A stretch of 64,000 nt of DNA, taken from the IMG/VR virus record IMGVR_UViG_3300024999_000005; one strand, given 5' to 3'. Shown piece after piece: positions 10,337 through 20,498 of this stretch (within the stretch, counting starts at the first letter, position 1; each line of letters starts with the position of its first letter). The position numbers and the translations under genes are program-made. Under the pieces are notes generated by a model. The model was given only the letters and a program-made list of their open reading frames with translations, was not told the origin of the DNA and made no database searches. This DNA is from an uncultured virus (IMG/VR IMGVR_UViG_3300024999_000005). Taxonomy: Duplodnaviria > Heunggongvirae > Uroviricota > Caudoviricetes.

Positions 10337-11113
10337 CTACTCCGGTAGCATTTTTAAATCTTCCGTTGGTTCCAAAACAACACCTTGCCTTTCAGCAGTA
10401 AGGAGAAGTTGCTTGACTTTCTCCTTATAGCTTGCCTGCAGTTGCAATGCTTTATCTTTATATTGCCGCTCCAGTTGTTTATATAAAGCCTGATTCATAC
10501 GCAACCCCAACATAAAATCATCGTAAGCACTTAACAAGGCGCGGCACTCTACAATTAATCTGGTTTCCTCCGGTAACTTTAGACCGTTGGCTTTGTCGTA
10601 GAGCGAATAACAAAAACCCGGATAAGGCGTTATGTGTATCTCTTTCCCTCGCGCTTGCATTACCACGTTGAACGCCCTAATCATTTCCCAGTTGTCAAAG
10701 CGACTAGACTCCCCAAGTTCAGCAGCGTATTCCTCAATAATCTCGGCATATTCCGACTTGTCTCCGCCTAACATTTTATCTGTAAAGAGCTTCTTAAAGC
10801 CCAGTCTCTTTGCTAAATCCGCGTTTTGCAAAGCTTCGTATACCGTGTCATGGATTTCTGCTTTATCAACCTGCAACACGGCTAAATCCATCACCCACAT
10901 TTTATTTCCATAATCGCTTAATTCTTCAAACTTTTCTTTAAGGCCACTGCCCTTATCAGTGTAGTAGTAGGTTTGACTATCATAGGACACGTCGGGAAAA
11001 ATATCTGACAGTATCGCCATTTCCTCGGTTTGCGTAAGTTCACACAACGCCTCGTAAATACTGGTTGCTGTTGTGTACTTGGCTATGCCAACTTCAAACG
11101 GATCACCATTCAT
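10337..11113 (-). CDS. Hypothetical protein
   Basis: 258-aa ORF with RBS. Confidence 0.7.
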   Translation of the reverse strand: MNGDPFEVGIAKYTTATSIYEALCELTQTEEMAILSDIFPDVSYDSQTYYYTDKGSGLKEKFEELSDYGNKMWVMDLAVLQVDKAEIHDTVYEALQNADLAKRLGFKKLFTDKMLGGDKSEYAEIIEEYAAELGESSRFDNWEMIRAFNVVMQARGKEIHITPYPGFCYSLYDKANGLKLPEETRLIVECRALLSAYDDFMLGLRMNQALYKQLERQYKDKALQLQASYKEKVKQLLLTAERQGVVLEPTEDLKMLPE

Positions 11114-11135
11114 TCCTTCCCGCTCCTTACTTTAA

Positions 11136-12275
11136 TCAGGATAAACTAAACGAAAACGCCAACTGCTCCCCGACAAAAGTTGTATATTTAAAAAATTCAG
11201 GCTGCTCAAGAGACTTGATAAACTTAATGGTTCTCTTAATGCGCTCTATGACACTCAGATCCGGCCTCTTTACTTGACCACCAGCAGTTAAGACTACAGC
11301 TCGTTCTTTCCTCCGACTATTGAGCCATGTAGTGCTGTCCACACTAAAGAAAGAATAGTTCTGTATGATATCCGCCTGCGTAATTCCTAAACCGTGAAAG
11401 GCTACCTTAGGGTACTGCATGAAAACCTCTTTAAGAAACTTCTCCTTGTCCTTCCTTCCGACAGTTCCGCCTAACCCAACTACCGGGTATTCCTTGACCA
11501 GCTTATCCAACTCCGATAAGCTAGTTCCCATATGAAACACTGGTATAGGCGTTAGGCCCTGCCTTTCCATCTCTCGAAAGTTTTCCATTGTCCCTTTATG
11601 GTCGCCAATCACATCTAGGACAAAATAGTGATCTATAATTTCAAGGTTGTTTTTTATGAATTTGATATACTCCTCTAGGATGATGGGTTTTATGTCCTTC
11701 CCGTCTTTCCTTGCTGTCCATTCTGAGTATGCGCCACTGTCAAGTATGCAGCGGAGCCCAAACCTTTTGAGGTAGTCCTTCCATGCTTTACGCTCTCTCA
11801 GATAGTAGTATGAGAATAAAACATATTTAGCCCCAGCCTTAGACGCTGCTTCCAGGTCAGAAGGGCATCTTTCTCCACCTGCCAGGAATATTCGGACCCC
11901 TATTTTTATTAATCTTAGAGCTTTTCCGATTTTGCTTATTTTTGTTTCTCCGCTGAATAACTGATGAAGCAATCCGAACATGATGCTGTTGTATGAATGA
12001 AAGGCTTCGAGTTCTTTGCGCTCAGCTATTCGGATTCGGTTGAAATAAGCAACCATCAGTTGAATATTTGAAATAGGAATCTTGACTGTAGTGCCCTTAT
12101 CCCTGGAATAAATATAAACATGGCTTGCTGTCTTTTGCTGTATCTTGTGAAGCTTACCTGTCCCAGTTCTAAAGAATTCACCGGGCTTAAGCTTTTTAAT
12201 TAAAAGCCTTTTGGCTTTTCTCCGCTCTCTCCGATTGGAGGTAGTCGCAAATCTACGAATAGCAGACTTGTCCAT
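11136..12275 (-). CDS. DpdA/queuine tRNA-ribosyltransferase-like transglycosylase with a basic N-terminal extension
   Basis: ILDSGAYS, LDVIGD, IPVFH, GLGG, FHGLG, SVDSTTW TGT-fold motifs. Confidence 0.8.
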   Translation of the reverse strand: MDKSAIRRFATTSNRRERRKAKRLLIKKLKPGEFFRTGTGKLHKIQQKTASHVYIYSRDKGTTVKIPISNIQLMVAYFNRIRIAERKELEAFHSYNSIMFGLLHQLFSGETKISKIGKALRLIKIGVRIFLAGGERCPSDLEAASKAGAKYVLFSYYYLRERKAWKDYLKRFGLRCILDSGAYSEWTARKDGKDIKPIILEEYIKFIKNNLEIIDHYFVLDVIGDHKGTMENFREMERQGLTPIPVFHMGTSLSELDKLVKEYPVVGLGGTVGRKDKEKFLKEVFMQYPKVAFHGLGITQADIIQNYSFFSVDSTTWLNSRRKERAVVLTAGGQVKRPDLSVIERIKRTIKFIKSLEQPEFFKYTTFVGEQLAFSFSLS

Positions 12276-12294
12276 TTATTTAACAGCTCCAGAC

Positions 12295-13221
12295 TTAAAA
12301 AGGCATGGTTCCTTCCTCAATCAAACCCTCTTTAATTAACATGTCCTCGTATAGCTTGACTTGCTTTCTTAGTGTCTTAATCTCAGTCTGCAGGCTCATG
12401 TTTTCCGCGCTAAGCCATTTATTCTTAGTTAATACGTCTGATTCCTCAATGCCCAAAGTACCTTCAATGGCACCGTTAGCAGCGTCTATAGCCTCGTTAA
12501 ACTTAATCATGTTCTTAGGCGCAGTGCATCTATCATCAGACTGCTTGCACTCTTCCGGACATTCAGAGCATCTTGCCTCGTCATAAGAGTCAACATCCTT
12601 CTGCCCGTAGGGTTCCATCCAGCACAGAAGGTCTCTGATTATGCCCTTTAAACTGACAACCTCTGCCTTTAACTGCTCCATTTGATCCAATATTGGTTTT
12701 CCCGCGTCAGACGAAAGAGCTTCAGTAACTAATCTCCTAGCGTAATTTCCACAACACGCTATTGCATCACCTAGTAAGTTTTGGTCTATGCCGGGCAAAT
12801 GCCATCTTGCTATAGTTGCCAATGCTTGGCGTAAATGCAACTGACGCATATACATAAGCTCGTGATGTTTTATAAATTCCTCATTTAATGTCTCTGCTGC
12901 AACGGCTCGGTTAAGTGCCTCTTCAAAACCCATAATAGCTGTATAAACAAAATTTTCGGCTATTTCATTGGTTTTAAATGGCCCATGCTCTTCTTTAACA
13001 AGAACTCTATAATTCTGACCTTTAACGCCTTTAATAATCTCCAAGTCAGCAACCAGATCCCGCTTTTGCTCTTTCTTTTGTTTTACTAATTCAGCAACCC
13101 GAGCATCTATCTTTTTCAGTGTTTCCGGCTTAATGCCACACTCGGAACATTCTCCGCTTAATTCTCCAGCACCGCCGCATGTCTCACATTCAAAGCAGTA
13201 AATGTCTGTGTCCTCGCTCAT
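12295..13221 (-). CDS. Hypothetical protein with Zn-finger and coiled-coil segments
   Basis: CETC...CSEC motifs; 308 aa. Confidence 0.65.
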   Translation of the reverse strand: MSEDTDIYCFECETCGGAGELSGECSECGIKPETLKKIDARVAELVKQKKEQKRDLVADLEIIKGVKGQNYRVLVKEEHGPFKTNEIAENFVYTAIMGFEEALNRAVAAETLNEEFIKHHELMYMRQLHLRQALATIARWHLPGIDQNLLGDAIACCGNYARRLVTEALSSDAGKPILDQMEQLKAEVVSLKGIIRDLLCWMEPYGQKDVDSYDEARCSECPEECKQSDDRCTAPKNMIKFNEAIDAANGAIEGTLGIEESDVLTKNKWLSAENMSLQTEIKTLRKQVKLYEDMLIKEGLIEEGTMPF

Positions 13222-13583
13222 ACTATCAACTCCAACTTGTCAGGCATTCGCGCAATTATATTAGAATCGTGGTCAGTAATAATTATTCTAATCTCACCGT
13301 TTTTAATCTCCGCACCTACGCTACAGTTGTTTTCAATAAGCATACTGTTTAACGCATTAGCAACCTTTTTCAGCTTTTCCTTGGCAGTGTCGGTCCTTCT
13401 ATGCTCGTTCTGAGTGTCTATATTAAACTGCTTAATACTGTCCTTAACCGATTCAACCAACTCGGCACGGCTAAGTTTTGAATAACCCTTAACCTTGCTT
13501 TTTTTGCAGCACCTCCGAAGTTCTGCAGTAGTCCAGTCCTCAACAGCAGGTATATCTATTTTTACTTCCTTCCGTGCTTCCAT
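13218..13583 (-). CDS. Protein with a Rho-N/HeH-like nucleic-acid-binding motif
   Basis: WTTAELRRCCKKSKVKGYSKLSRAELV; start moved to ATG 13583. Confidence 0.6.
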   Translation of the reverse strand: MEARKEVKIDIPAVEDWTTAELRRCCKKSKVKGYSKLSRAELVESVKDSIKQFNIDTQNEHRRTDTAKEKLKKVANALNSMLIENNCSVGAEIKNGEIRIIITDHDSNIIARMPDKLELIV

Positions 13584-13818
13584 CCGCTTCCACCGTCCTT
13601 TCCCGATATTTCTTAATCTTTCTGTAAACAGTGTTAACCGACACTCCGTAGTGCTTTCCAAGTGCTTCATATGACATGGTTTCCTTGAGTCTCACCATTT
13701 CCTCGATAACATCGTCCATTAGGCTGATATTCTTCCCCCTAGGCTTCCGCACTGGTGCTATAAGTTGAAATGATTCTTCCGGCGTTCTATTGGTTAAGAT
13801 GCAGACAACCAGCGCCAA
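13540..13818 (-). CDS. Small HTH DNA-binding protein
   Basis: MSYEALGKHYGVSVNTVYRKIK. Confidence 0.7.
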   Translation of the reverse strand: MALVVCILTNRTPEESFQLIAPVRKPRGKNISLMDDVIEEMVRLKETMSYEALGKHYGVSVNTVYRKIKKYRERTVEADGSTEGSKNRYTCC

Positions 13819-13974
13819 TAACGAACTTCTTCCCTAATTATTAGCTCAGGCATTTTATTCATCATCCTCACATACCAATAACTAGATAAATATTGTTCCA
13901 GTTAGGTATAAACCGTCTAATATTAGCTAAAGATAAATAAACCAAGTTAACAATAAGCAGGAGGCTCTATAAAT

Positions 13975-14448
13975 TTGGATTTTTTAGCAAAATGGATAAA
14001 CCCAATCTTTGCTATTCTTACATGGGTTGTGGTATTTGCTTTAATAAAGCCTAAACGAGTATTAGAACTGTTACCCATCGGTATAATTGCAGCAATCCTT
14101 CTATTTGCAGTGCAGTTAGTTTTAATTTCATTAAACCTTATTAAATTCAATAAAGGTTGGATTTTAGTTTCCAGCGTTCCGTTATTTAACCCTATTTGGG
14201 GTGCTGTTGCTGGAATCATTATTATGAATTACATGAAACAGGATTTTAGTAAAAAGATACCGCTACTGATATTCTTTTCAGCAGTGTCAGAAATTGCTGC
14301 ATACATTGCTATTGCTGTTGGCAATATGTCTTTTATTGGGCAATATAGCGTGTTTTATGATTACATTTTGTCTTTTGCAATGTTGCTGATATTAACCCAA
14401 ATCTCAGAAGGTCTTTTTGGTAACCGGATTTATAAAACTCATATTTAG
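13975..14448 (+). CDS. Polytopic membrane protein (CBO0543-like), an opposite-strand moron
   Basis: About five hydrophobic helices; AGGAGG RBS; AT-rich insert in the early operon. Confidence 0.65.
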   Translation: MDFLAKWINPIFAILTWVVVFALIKPKRVLELLPIGIIAAILLFAVQLVLISLNLIKFNKGWILVSSVPLFNPIWGAVAGIIIMNYMKQDFSKKIPLLIFFSAVSEIAAYIAIAVGNMSFIGQYSVFYDYILSFAMLLILTQISEGLFGNRIYKTHI

Positions 14449-14488
14449 AATATAGGAATATTGTTCCAATGCAGGAGATTAAAAAAAT

Positions 14489-14674
14489 TTATCCAATTGC
14501 TTTACTCTCCGCTACGCTTAGTACCCATCGGGCAAGTACCGGCTTTTGCCTAGCAGATTTAGCCCCGTCGCGATAACCCACAAGGTAAATCTGTCTTTCG
14601 TGCTGGCCTTTGGGAGGCAGTCTTTTCCTACCCAAAAACCCAGACTTAAACCCCTGATCGTATGGATTTTCCAT
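14489..14674 (-). CDS. Small hypothetical protein
   Basis: YDQGF..G...Y..GY.DG pattern; GGGAGG RBS. Confidence 0.55.
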   Translation of the reverse strand: MENPYDQGFKSGFLGRKRLPPKGQHERQIYLVGYRDGAKSARQKPVLARWVLSVAESKAIG

Positions 14675-14687
14675 TACACTGCCTCCC

Positions 14688-14771
14688 TTGCATATTGCAC
14701 AAAGTATGTGTATAATTATTCAGTATGTTTATTTAAGCGGCGGGAGTTGACGGCTCCCGTCTTTATTTTTT
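14688..14771 (+). promoter_or_regulatory. Sigma-A promoter immediately followed by an intrinsic terminator (tiny antisense-orientation RNA)
   Basis: TTGCAT(14688)-17-TATAAT(14711); stem cgggag/ctcccg followed by a T-rich tract. Confidence 0.6.
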
Positions 14772-14935
14772 AGTAGGTCTTATTTCTTCCCGACCTTGCT
14801 TTCTTAACTCCCTATTAGCGCAATCCAAACATAACGCAACACTGGCTATTCCTCTGTCAATCGAAAACTTAGCATCTGCAGTTTTGCAGTCAGCACATTT
14901 AGTCGTCTTCATTACTCATTACCTCCCAGTTTTTT

Positions 14936-16780
14936 TTATATCTCACTAAAATACTGACTTGGCTCCCCTGGAACAGGATTTCCCCTGTAGTCTGAATAAG
15001 TCAGTGATCGGCATAGTATTAAGCGTTCCCTTGCCCGCGTCAGTGCTACATAGCACAATCTTCTTTCCTCTTCCTCATCCTTGTTGCTTTTGGATGGGAA
15101 AACTCCCTGTATAAGACCAAGGATAAAGACTGTGTCGAATTCCAAGCCCTTACTTGCGTGAATGGTCATCAGCTTCACAGCAGGCTTTTCCTCGATGAGC
15201 TTCTCCTGAATATCGCGGTATTTCAGAAACTTCAGGAAGCTTTGAACGCTATCACTCTCTCCAAGATTCCGCTTGCCCTGCTCCCAGTTCTCCATGGTGG
15301 CTATGGCCTTTTTAATATCATCTACCCTGTTCTGCTGCCCATGACTGGAATATAGTTCAGTTATTCCAAGCACAAGGTCGATACTCTTGAAATACTGACT
15401 TGCTTTTATATATTGTCCTTGCTCAACTACCATTTCTATATCTTCAACAATCTTCTTAAAAGGATAGATTGAGCTATTTTCACTACACGTATAAGTAGCT
15501 TCATGGAGACTGCAACCATTATCCAAAGCGAATAATTCAATTTCCTGCAGTTCTATTTCGCTATATTTCCGTAGCGAGAAGTCCAGGCACTTTTTAAATG
15601 TGTAGTTATCCTTTTTGTTGTTAAGGAATTCCATAAACTCAAGCATACCGCGGACACCATTTTTCTTAAACGGATCATCACTGCCAGAAACTATTTGAGT
15701 AGGTATTTTCATTCCGCCAAGATATAATGCAGCGTTTTCAATCTGCCGGTTAGTCCTGGCTAGTATTGCTATGTCCTGAGGTCTGGTGCCTTTGTAAATG
15801 AGTTCCTCAATATTTTTGCCGACAATCAGTGCCTCTTGTGCGCTTGACTGAGTTACTAAAATATCAATTTCCGGCCCTTCTTTGTGTGCTATCAGTTTTT
15901 TCTCAGTCTGATTTACATTGAAGGATATGAGCCTATTGGCAGCTGCTACAATCGCACCGGTAGACCTATAATTATCTTCCAGCTTGATAACCTCACAACC
16001 CGGATATTCTTCCGGGAATCGAAGTATGTAGTCAACCCTGGCTCCGCGCCAGCCATAAATTGCCTGGAAATCATCTCCAACTACAAAATAATTCTTAGGT
16101 GCTAACAAGTTAATCATTTGTTTCTGGTCGTCGCTGGTGTCCTGGAACTCATCCACGAAAACATGAGTGTAGTTATTCTGGTATTCCTTTAGAGCTTCTG
16201 GATACACTGCCCACAAAATATTTACAATACTTATGAGTTTGTCTAGGTCTACAGCGTTATTCTGTTTTAACCTGTACCCGTACTCTTTAAGGACTCTATC
16301 TATTTCATGTTTCCTAATTGGTATTTCTCCGCTCTCGTAACACTCCAAGCATTTTTTAAGCGTTACTTTGCCACCAAATTCCTCAATAATGGTTTTTAAA
16401 ATGCTCTCCCTGTCCTCTTGGTCGTAAATGGTAAAGTTAGGTTCTAAGCCTACCTTGTGGCCCCACCGACGTAACACTGAAACCGAAAAAGCATGGAAAG
16501 TATTACTGAATAGCTTCTTACCCTGCTCCTCACCTATGAGTTTAATGATTAGCTCCTTCATGCCCTTTCCCGCCAATCTCGTAAAGGTTAAGCAAAGCAT
16601 CTGCCCTGTACCTACCCGGCATTCCTGGTTTAAGTGAGCGACTCTGTGCGTCAGTGTCCGTGTCTTTCCGGTACCGGCCCCGGCTAATGTTAAAATAACC
16701 GGGGCATTTGATATTACTGCTGAGCGCTGATTGTCGTTTAAACCGTTAAGGAGTTCCATTTGCATTTTCCTCCGACTCAT
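14936..16780 (-). CDS. UvrD/PcrA-family SF1 helicase
   Basis: AGAGTGKT, TFH, VDEFQD, VGDDFQAIYGWRGA, NYRS, TIHASKGLEF, YVALTRA; true start probably 16765. Confidence 0.96.
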   Translation of the reverse strand: MSRRKMQMELLNGLNDNQRSAVISNAPVILTLAGAGTGKTRTLTHRVAHLNQECRVGTGQMLCLTFTRLAGKGMKELIIKLIGEEQGKKLFSNTFHAFSVSVLRRWGHKVGLEPNFTIYDQEDRESILKTIIEEFGGKVTLKKCLECYESGEIPIRKHEIDRVLKEYGYRLKQNNAVDLDKLISIVNILWAVYPEALKEYQNNYTHVFVDEFQDTSDDQKQMINLLAPKNYFVVGDDFQAIYGWRGARVDYILRFPEEYPGCEVIKLEDNYRSTGAIVAAANRLISFNVNQTEKKLIAHKEGPEIDILVTQSSAQEALIVGKNIEELIYKGTRPQDIAILARTNRQIENAALYLGGMKIPTQIVSGSDDPFKKNGVRGMLEFMEFLNNKKDNYTFKKCLDFSLRKYSEIELQEIELFALDNGCSLHEATYTCSENSSIYPFKKIVEDIEMVVEQGQYIKASQYFKSIDLVLGITELYSSHGQQNRVDDIKKAIATMENWEQGKRNLGESDSVQSFLKFLKYRDIQEKLIEEKPAVKLMTIHASKGLEFDTVFILGLIQGVFPSKSNKDEEEERRLCYVALTRARERLILCRSLTYSDYRGNPVPGEPSQYFSEI

Positions 16781-17084
16781 TGATAAGTCTATTCAGTAGA
16801 TTGAGATTTTTTTGTTGTGTTGTCATTTCTATTGCCCTCGACTCAATCTGTTCTTTAGGCGACTCCACTTCAATCAGAATCCGCACTGCTGAACCCAAAG
16901 GCATACTATTAAGCATAACTTTAATTAATTCAGAAATATCCTTAACCTTTAATGGTGCTGTTGTCGTTTTTCTTAACTCAGAAGCTCCAGAAACCACTCC
17001 AACCATATGACTATTTGCAGGATAATCTTTCACCAAAGAAGTTATTCCCTCAATAATAATCTCACGCACTCTGAGCCACCTCAC
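16746..17084 (-). CDS. Hypothetical protein
   Basis: ORF coupled between the SMC-like ATPase and UvrD. Confidence 0.5.
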   Translation of the reverse strand: MRWLRVREIIIEGITSLVKDYPANSHMVGVVSGASELRKTTTAPLKVKDISELIKVMLNSMPLGSAVRILIEVESPKEQIESRAIEMTTQQKNLNLLNRLINESEENANGTP

Positions 17085-19221
17085 TCACAGGGGCACTCAG
17101 ATCCCAAACCTTCCAACCTTCAGCCTCGAATTCAAACCCAATTGCTCCTGCCAGAATGATGTTATCCAGTTTGTGCGCTACTTTCCTCAGGCCATCGGTG
17201 AACATGTGAAAGTTTTCTTTGTCCAGGTGATTGATATTGTCCATCACCAAGATCCTAAGTTTCGGATTTGCTCGGTCCAGGATGGTGACCATCATTGCCG
17301 CTAAAAACACTGTCTGCTGGCCCATGCTCAGAGCATCGAAATTTACTGTATGGCCCTTCTCGTTCACCCATCCGAATTGGAATATTTCCTTGCCGGTGTC
17401 GCTCTCGGTCTGGAAGAACGGCGTCTGGTTAAATCCCATTAGCTGCAGGTTACCGCCTATATCTGACCGTATCGGCTCTAAAATTTCCTTGACCAACTCA
17501 CCCTGTATACCCTTAGGACCTAATGCCTGACTCAGCGATTTTAGCCCAGCGCTCATGTACTCAGCTTTAGTATTTTCGATCATTGACTGCTGCAGGAGAA
17601 GGATTGTCTGCCGCGCTTTCTCTTTTTCAGCCACGGACTGATTTAACCCTGCTATCTGCAACCGAATACCCTCAGCCTGCTTCTCCTGCATGTCCACAGG
17701 TGCAAAGCTTTCTGCCGGTTCGTTCATCAGACTAATTAACTCTGTTTTGTGCAGGTTAAGCTGATTTGTATACTTTTCAGCCTCGGACAGGACTTTATTT
17801 TTATTCCGTTCTAGAGTAGTTATTTTATTCTGCAAATCAGCGTTTAGGTTATTAGCCTTTTGTGCTTGCAGTACAGCTAAATCACGCTTGTCTTCCAGTG
17901 CTTCAGATTCTGTTTCCAGGGTTTTTATTTGGGCGTTCAGCCCATCAATCCCCTCAACTTCCTCCGTTAAAGCTGCAATCCTATTTTCACCGTCAGCCTT
18001 TTTCTTTTCTGCAAAACTATCTAAGCCTGTCCAATCCTTCGGGCAACTAATCTGTTGGTGTAGGGTGCATTTCCCGGTAAGTTCACCGGTCTTAGCCACT
18101 GCATCTTGAATTGTTTTTATCTGTGTCTTAATGACTGTTATTTGACTGTTTGTATCCATCCGCTGAGCGGTTAAGGCTTTAAGCTGTTTCTTTATCTCAG
18201 ACAGCCTTTTCTTTATTTCTGCCGTCTCAGCCTCGTTATCCACCGGAGGCGTAATCTGCCCCTGCAGTTCCACTATCTGAGTATCTAAGGAGGCAGTATC
18301 AGCACTAACAGGTGCTTCCTCTAACTTGCTGATAGTAGACTGCAGTTCGACTATCTTTGAGGTTCTCTTATCTACAGCCTTCTTTTTCTCAATCCCTGTG
18401 GAAATCTGTTTTTCTACTGTGATAAGTTGTTGCTGCAGTTCTTCAAGTTCGGTTTTGGCCTGAATAATATTCCGGTCAGTCTCCTCGAGTTCGTTTTTCT
18501 TTTCGGCAATCTGCCTGACAGCTCCCTGAGCGTCCTTCTGCTTGCTATTCCAATAGGAAGATTGAGTAGAAGTCCAATCCAGCATTGACTGTAGCCCTGC
18601 GTGTATGTCAGCGTCCTGTGGATACTCTGCCATAGCGAGCCCGATAATTTCTTTATTTGCGTTATATCTATCAGGGTTATTGGCCTCTATCTCAGATGTT
18701 AAAAGCTGTTCTGTGATGTACTTTTCAACATCTTCCCTGGTCCAAGTATTTGATGTAATCGGACTAAGAGAATAAACGAAATCCCTGCGCTTGGCGTCCG
18801 ACAACCCAAGAAATTCTGAGAAATCCAACATCACCGGAAAGCTTCCAATCTCGTCAAGAATACGGGCTTTCTTTGCAGTGTCGTTTTTCTCGCCCTTGCC
18901 AGGTGATACTAAAATTGACTCGCTGACAGTGACCTTTTTGGCACCAGTCTTGCCATCCTCGGTTTCCTTTTTGGTGAAGGTTCTGCTGAATTTAAAATGG
19001 TCTGTCTGCAGCCCCACCGTCATAACACCGTTGGTCGAAAGCTTAAAAGTATCTTCTGCCCTCTTCCCGTTTCCGGGCACGTAACCCATGATGGCAGCAC
19101 CAACAGCCTGCACTCTGGTAGTTTTTCCGCTGCCGTTCCTGCCTACGAATATGTCCATGCCAGTTAGTGTCTGTACTCCGGTCTGCCCCTTGACGTTTTT
19201 TATTTCGATTTTGTTAATCAA
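17062..19221 (-). CDS. SMC/Rad50-like ATPase
   Basis: GRNGSGKT Walker A, long coiled coil with a central CTLH..ISCP hook-like motif, LSMGQ signature, VMDN Walker B. Confidence 0.9.
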   Translation of the reverse strand: MINKIEIKNVKGQTGVQTLTGMDIFVGRNGSGKTTRVQAVGAAIMGYVPGNGKRAEDTFKLSTNGVMTVGLQTDHFKFSRTFTKKETEDGKTGAKKVTVSESILVSPGKGEKNDTAKKARILDEIGSFPVMLDFSEFLGLSDAKRRDFVYSLSPITSNTWTREDVEKYITEQLLTSEIEANNPDRYNANKEIIGLAMAEYPQDADIHAGLQSMLDWTSTQSSYWNSKQKDAQGAVRQIAEKKNELEETDRNIIQAKTELEELQQQLITVEKQISTGIEKKKAVDKRTSKIVELQSTISKLEEAPVSADTASLDTQIVELQGQITPPVDNEAETAEIKKRLSEIKKQLKALTAQRMDTNSQITVIKTQIKTIQDAVAKTGELTGKCTLHQQISCPKDWTGLDSFAEKKKADGENRIAALTEEVEGIDGLNAQIKTLETESEALEDKRDLAVLQAQKANNLNADLQNKITTLERNKNKVLSEAEKYTNQLNLHKTELISLMNEPAESFAPVDMQEKQAEGIRLQIAGLNQSVAEKEKARQTILLLQQSMIENTKAEYMSAGLKSLSQALGPKGIQGELVKEILEPIRSDIGGNLQLMGFNQTPFFQTESDTGKEIFQFGWVNEKGHTVNFDALSMGQQTVFLAAMMVTILDRANPKLRILVMDNINHLDKENFHMFTDGLRKVAHKLDNIILAGAIGFEFEAEGWKVWDLSAPVSEVAQSA

Positions 19222-20249
19222 AACATATCACCGCCCAAGGCGTTCAGATCGGCTTGTCCATTCCCATTACTACCGTTACTGAACATGTTATTTCCTGCGT
19301 CCTCCGGTTCATCTGACGCGGCTTTATTTAAGTTCTCTTCGTCGTCCACATCAGTATTGATATCATCGGCAGATGCCTCGGCTTTAACGTCGATAACTTC
19401 GGCCTTTTGATCTCCGATTACTATCTCTTTACCTTCCTCAGCCTGCCCGGCCATATCTAAGAGTTGATCCTGAGTGAAATCGTGAACGTAGCCTACCAAA
19501 GTAACTTTTGCGGTTCGATGATATTCTTTCCCGGCGGCGTTAACATAGGTGATATGTGAAAGTGCCGGATGTTGACCCATCGCCAACCTGGTGGCTATAG
19601 TCTGAGCGTTACGCTCACAAAATTGCTTTTTATTAACAAAGGTATCAATGGCCTTAAGTATATCCTTGTGACCAAAGTCAACCCATATACCTAATGCTCC
19701 GTCAATCTTATAAAACATGCCGACTTGTTTCTCTTTGTCGGTTAGCATGCTCTCCATGCAGACCCGACCGGCACCGGCACTACCGGTTACTTTTTTAAGT
19801 AAATCTTGAATGAAGTACATGTTGATGTCATATAGCAAGGTGGCGGTCGTAATAACCAAATTTCCTATAGGACCGTAGCCAACGGCCATTTTCTTGGCCC
19901 AAACTTTGCGGATAGTCCCTGATTCTTCATCAATAATAGGATAAGGATTTACTACAACCTGACCTGTTGGTAAGGTAAGTTTGTCAGGTGTAATGATACT
20001 AAGAGAGGTTATTTGATTTGCACGATAAAAGCCTTTTCCAGTGACCATGGCCTTACCCTTGATTACAGCAATGTCTCCGTTAGTCTCGTCAAGGGTAACC
20101 GTACCCTTGACTGACCTTAACGTTCCGTTCTGATTTCTCTTGATAAAAACTTCACCGTCACCCAAACAAGCTATATGCTGTTTTCTGAGTGCCGCTATTT
20201 CCGTCTGCATATTCTGAACTAATGTTATACTCTGCTCTGCTACTGCCAT
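19218..20249 (-). CDS. Putative recombination / single-strand annealing protein (family not recognised)
   Basis: Next to the SMC-like ATPase; acidic tail ending GGDMF. Confidence 0.45.
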   Translation of the reverse strand: MAVAEQSITLVQNMQTEIAALRKQHIACLGDGEVFIKRNQNGTLRSVKGTVTLDETNGDIAVIKGKAMVTGKGFYRANQITSLSIITPDKLTLPTGQVVVNPYPIIDEESGTIRKVWAKKMAVGYGPIGNLVITTATLLYDINMYFIQDLLKKVTGSAGAGRVCMESMLTDKEKQVGMFYKIDGALGIWVDFGHKDILKAIDTFVNKKQFCERNAQTIATRLAMGQHPALSHITYVNAAGKEYHRTAKVTLVGYVHDFTQDQLLDMAGQAEEGKEIVIGDQKAEVIDVKAEASADDINTDVDDEENLNKAASDEPEDAGNNMFSNGSNGNGQADLNALGGDMF

Positions 20250-20489
20250 CTATATTTCCCCCATTTCTCTTAGCTTGATTCGGTTATAAAAACTACTCAC
20301 AAGCTGGTAAAGCTCGTCCGATATGCTATTGCACGATTCTTCCCTGCACCTGTCACCGCAATAATTCCTACTTGCTCCGATGTTCAGTTCGTGCGAATAA
20401 ATCTGTTTCTTGCATGTCCGGCAAATCCCGACTACAGGGTTTGCGTTAGTGCCGGCCTTGCCTTCCATGTCCTCCAGCCAACCTGGCAT
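20250..20489 (-). CDS. Small Zn-finger early protein
   Basis: CRTC...YCGDRC. Confidence 0.55.
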   Translation of the reverse strand: MPGWLEDMEGKAGTNANPVVGICRTCKKQIYSHELNIGASRNYCGDRCREESCNSISDELYQLVSSFYNRIKLREMGEI

Positions 20490-20498
20490 ATTATCACC

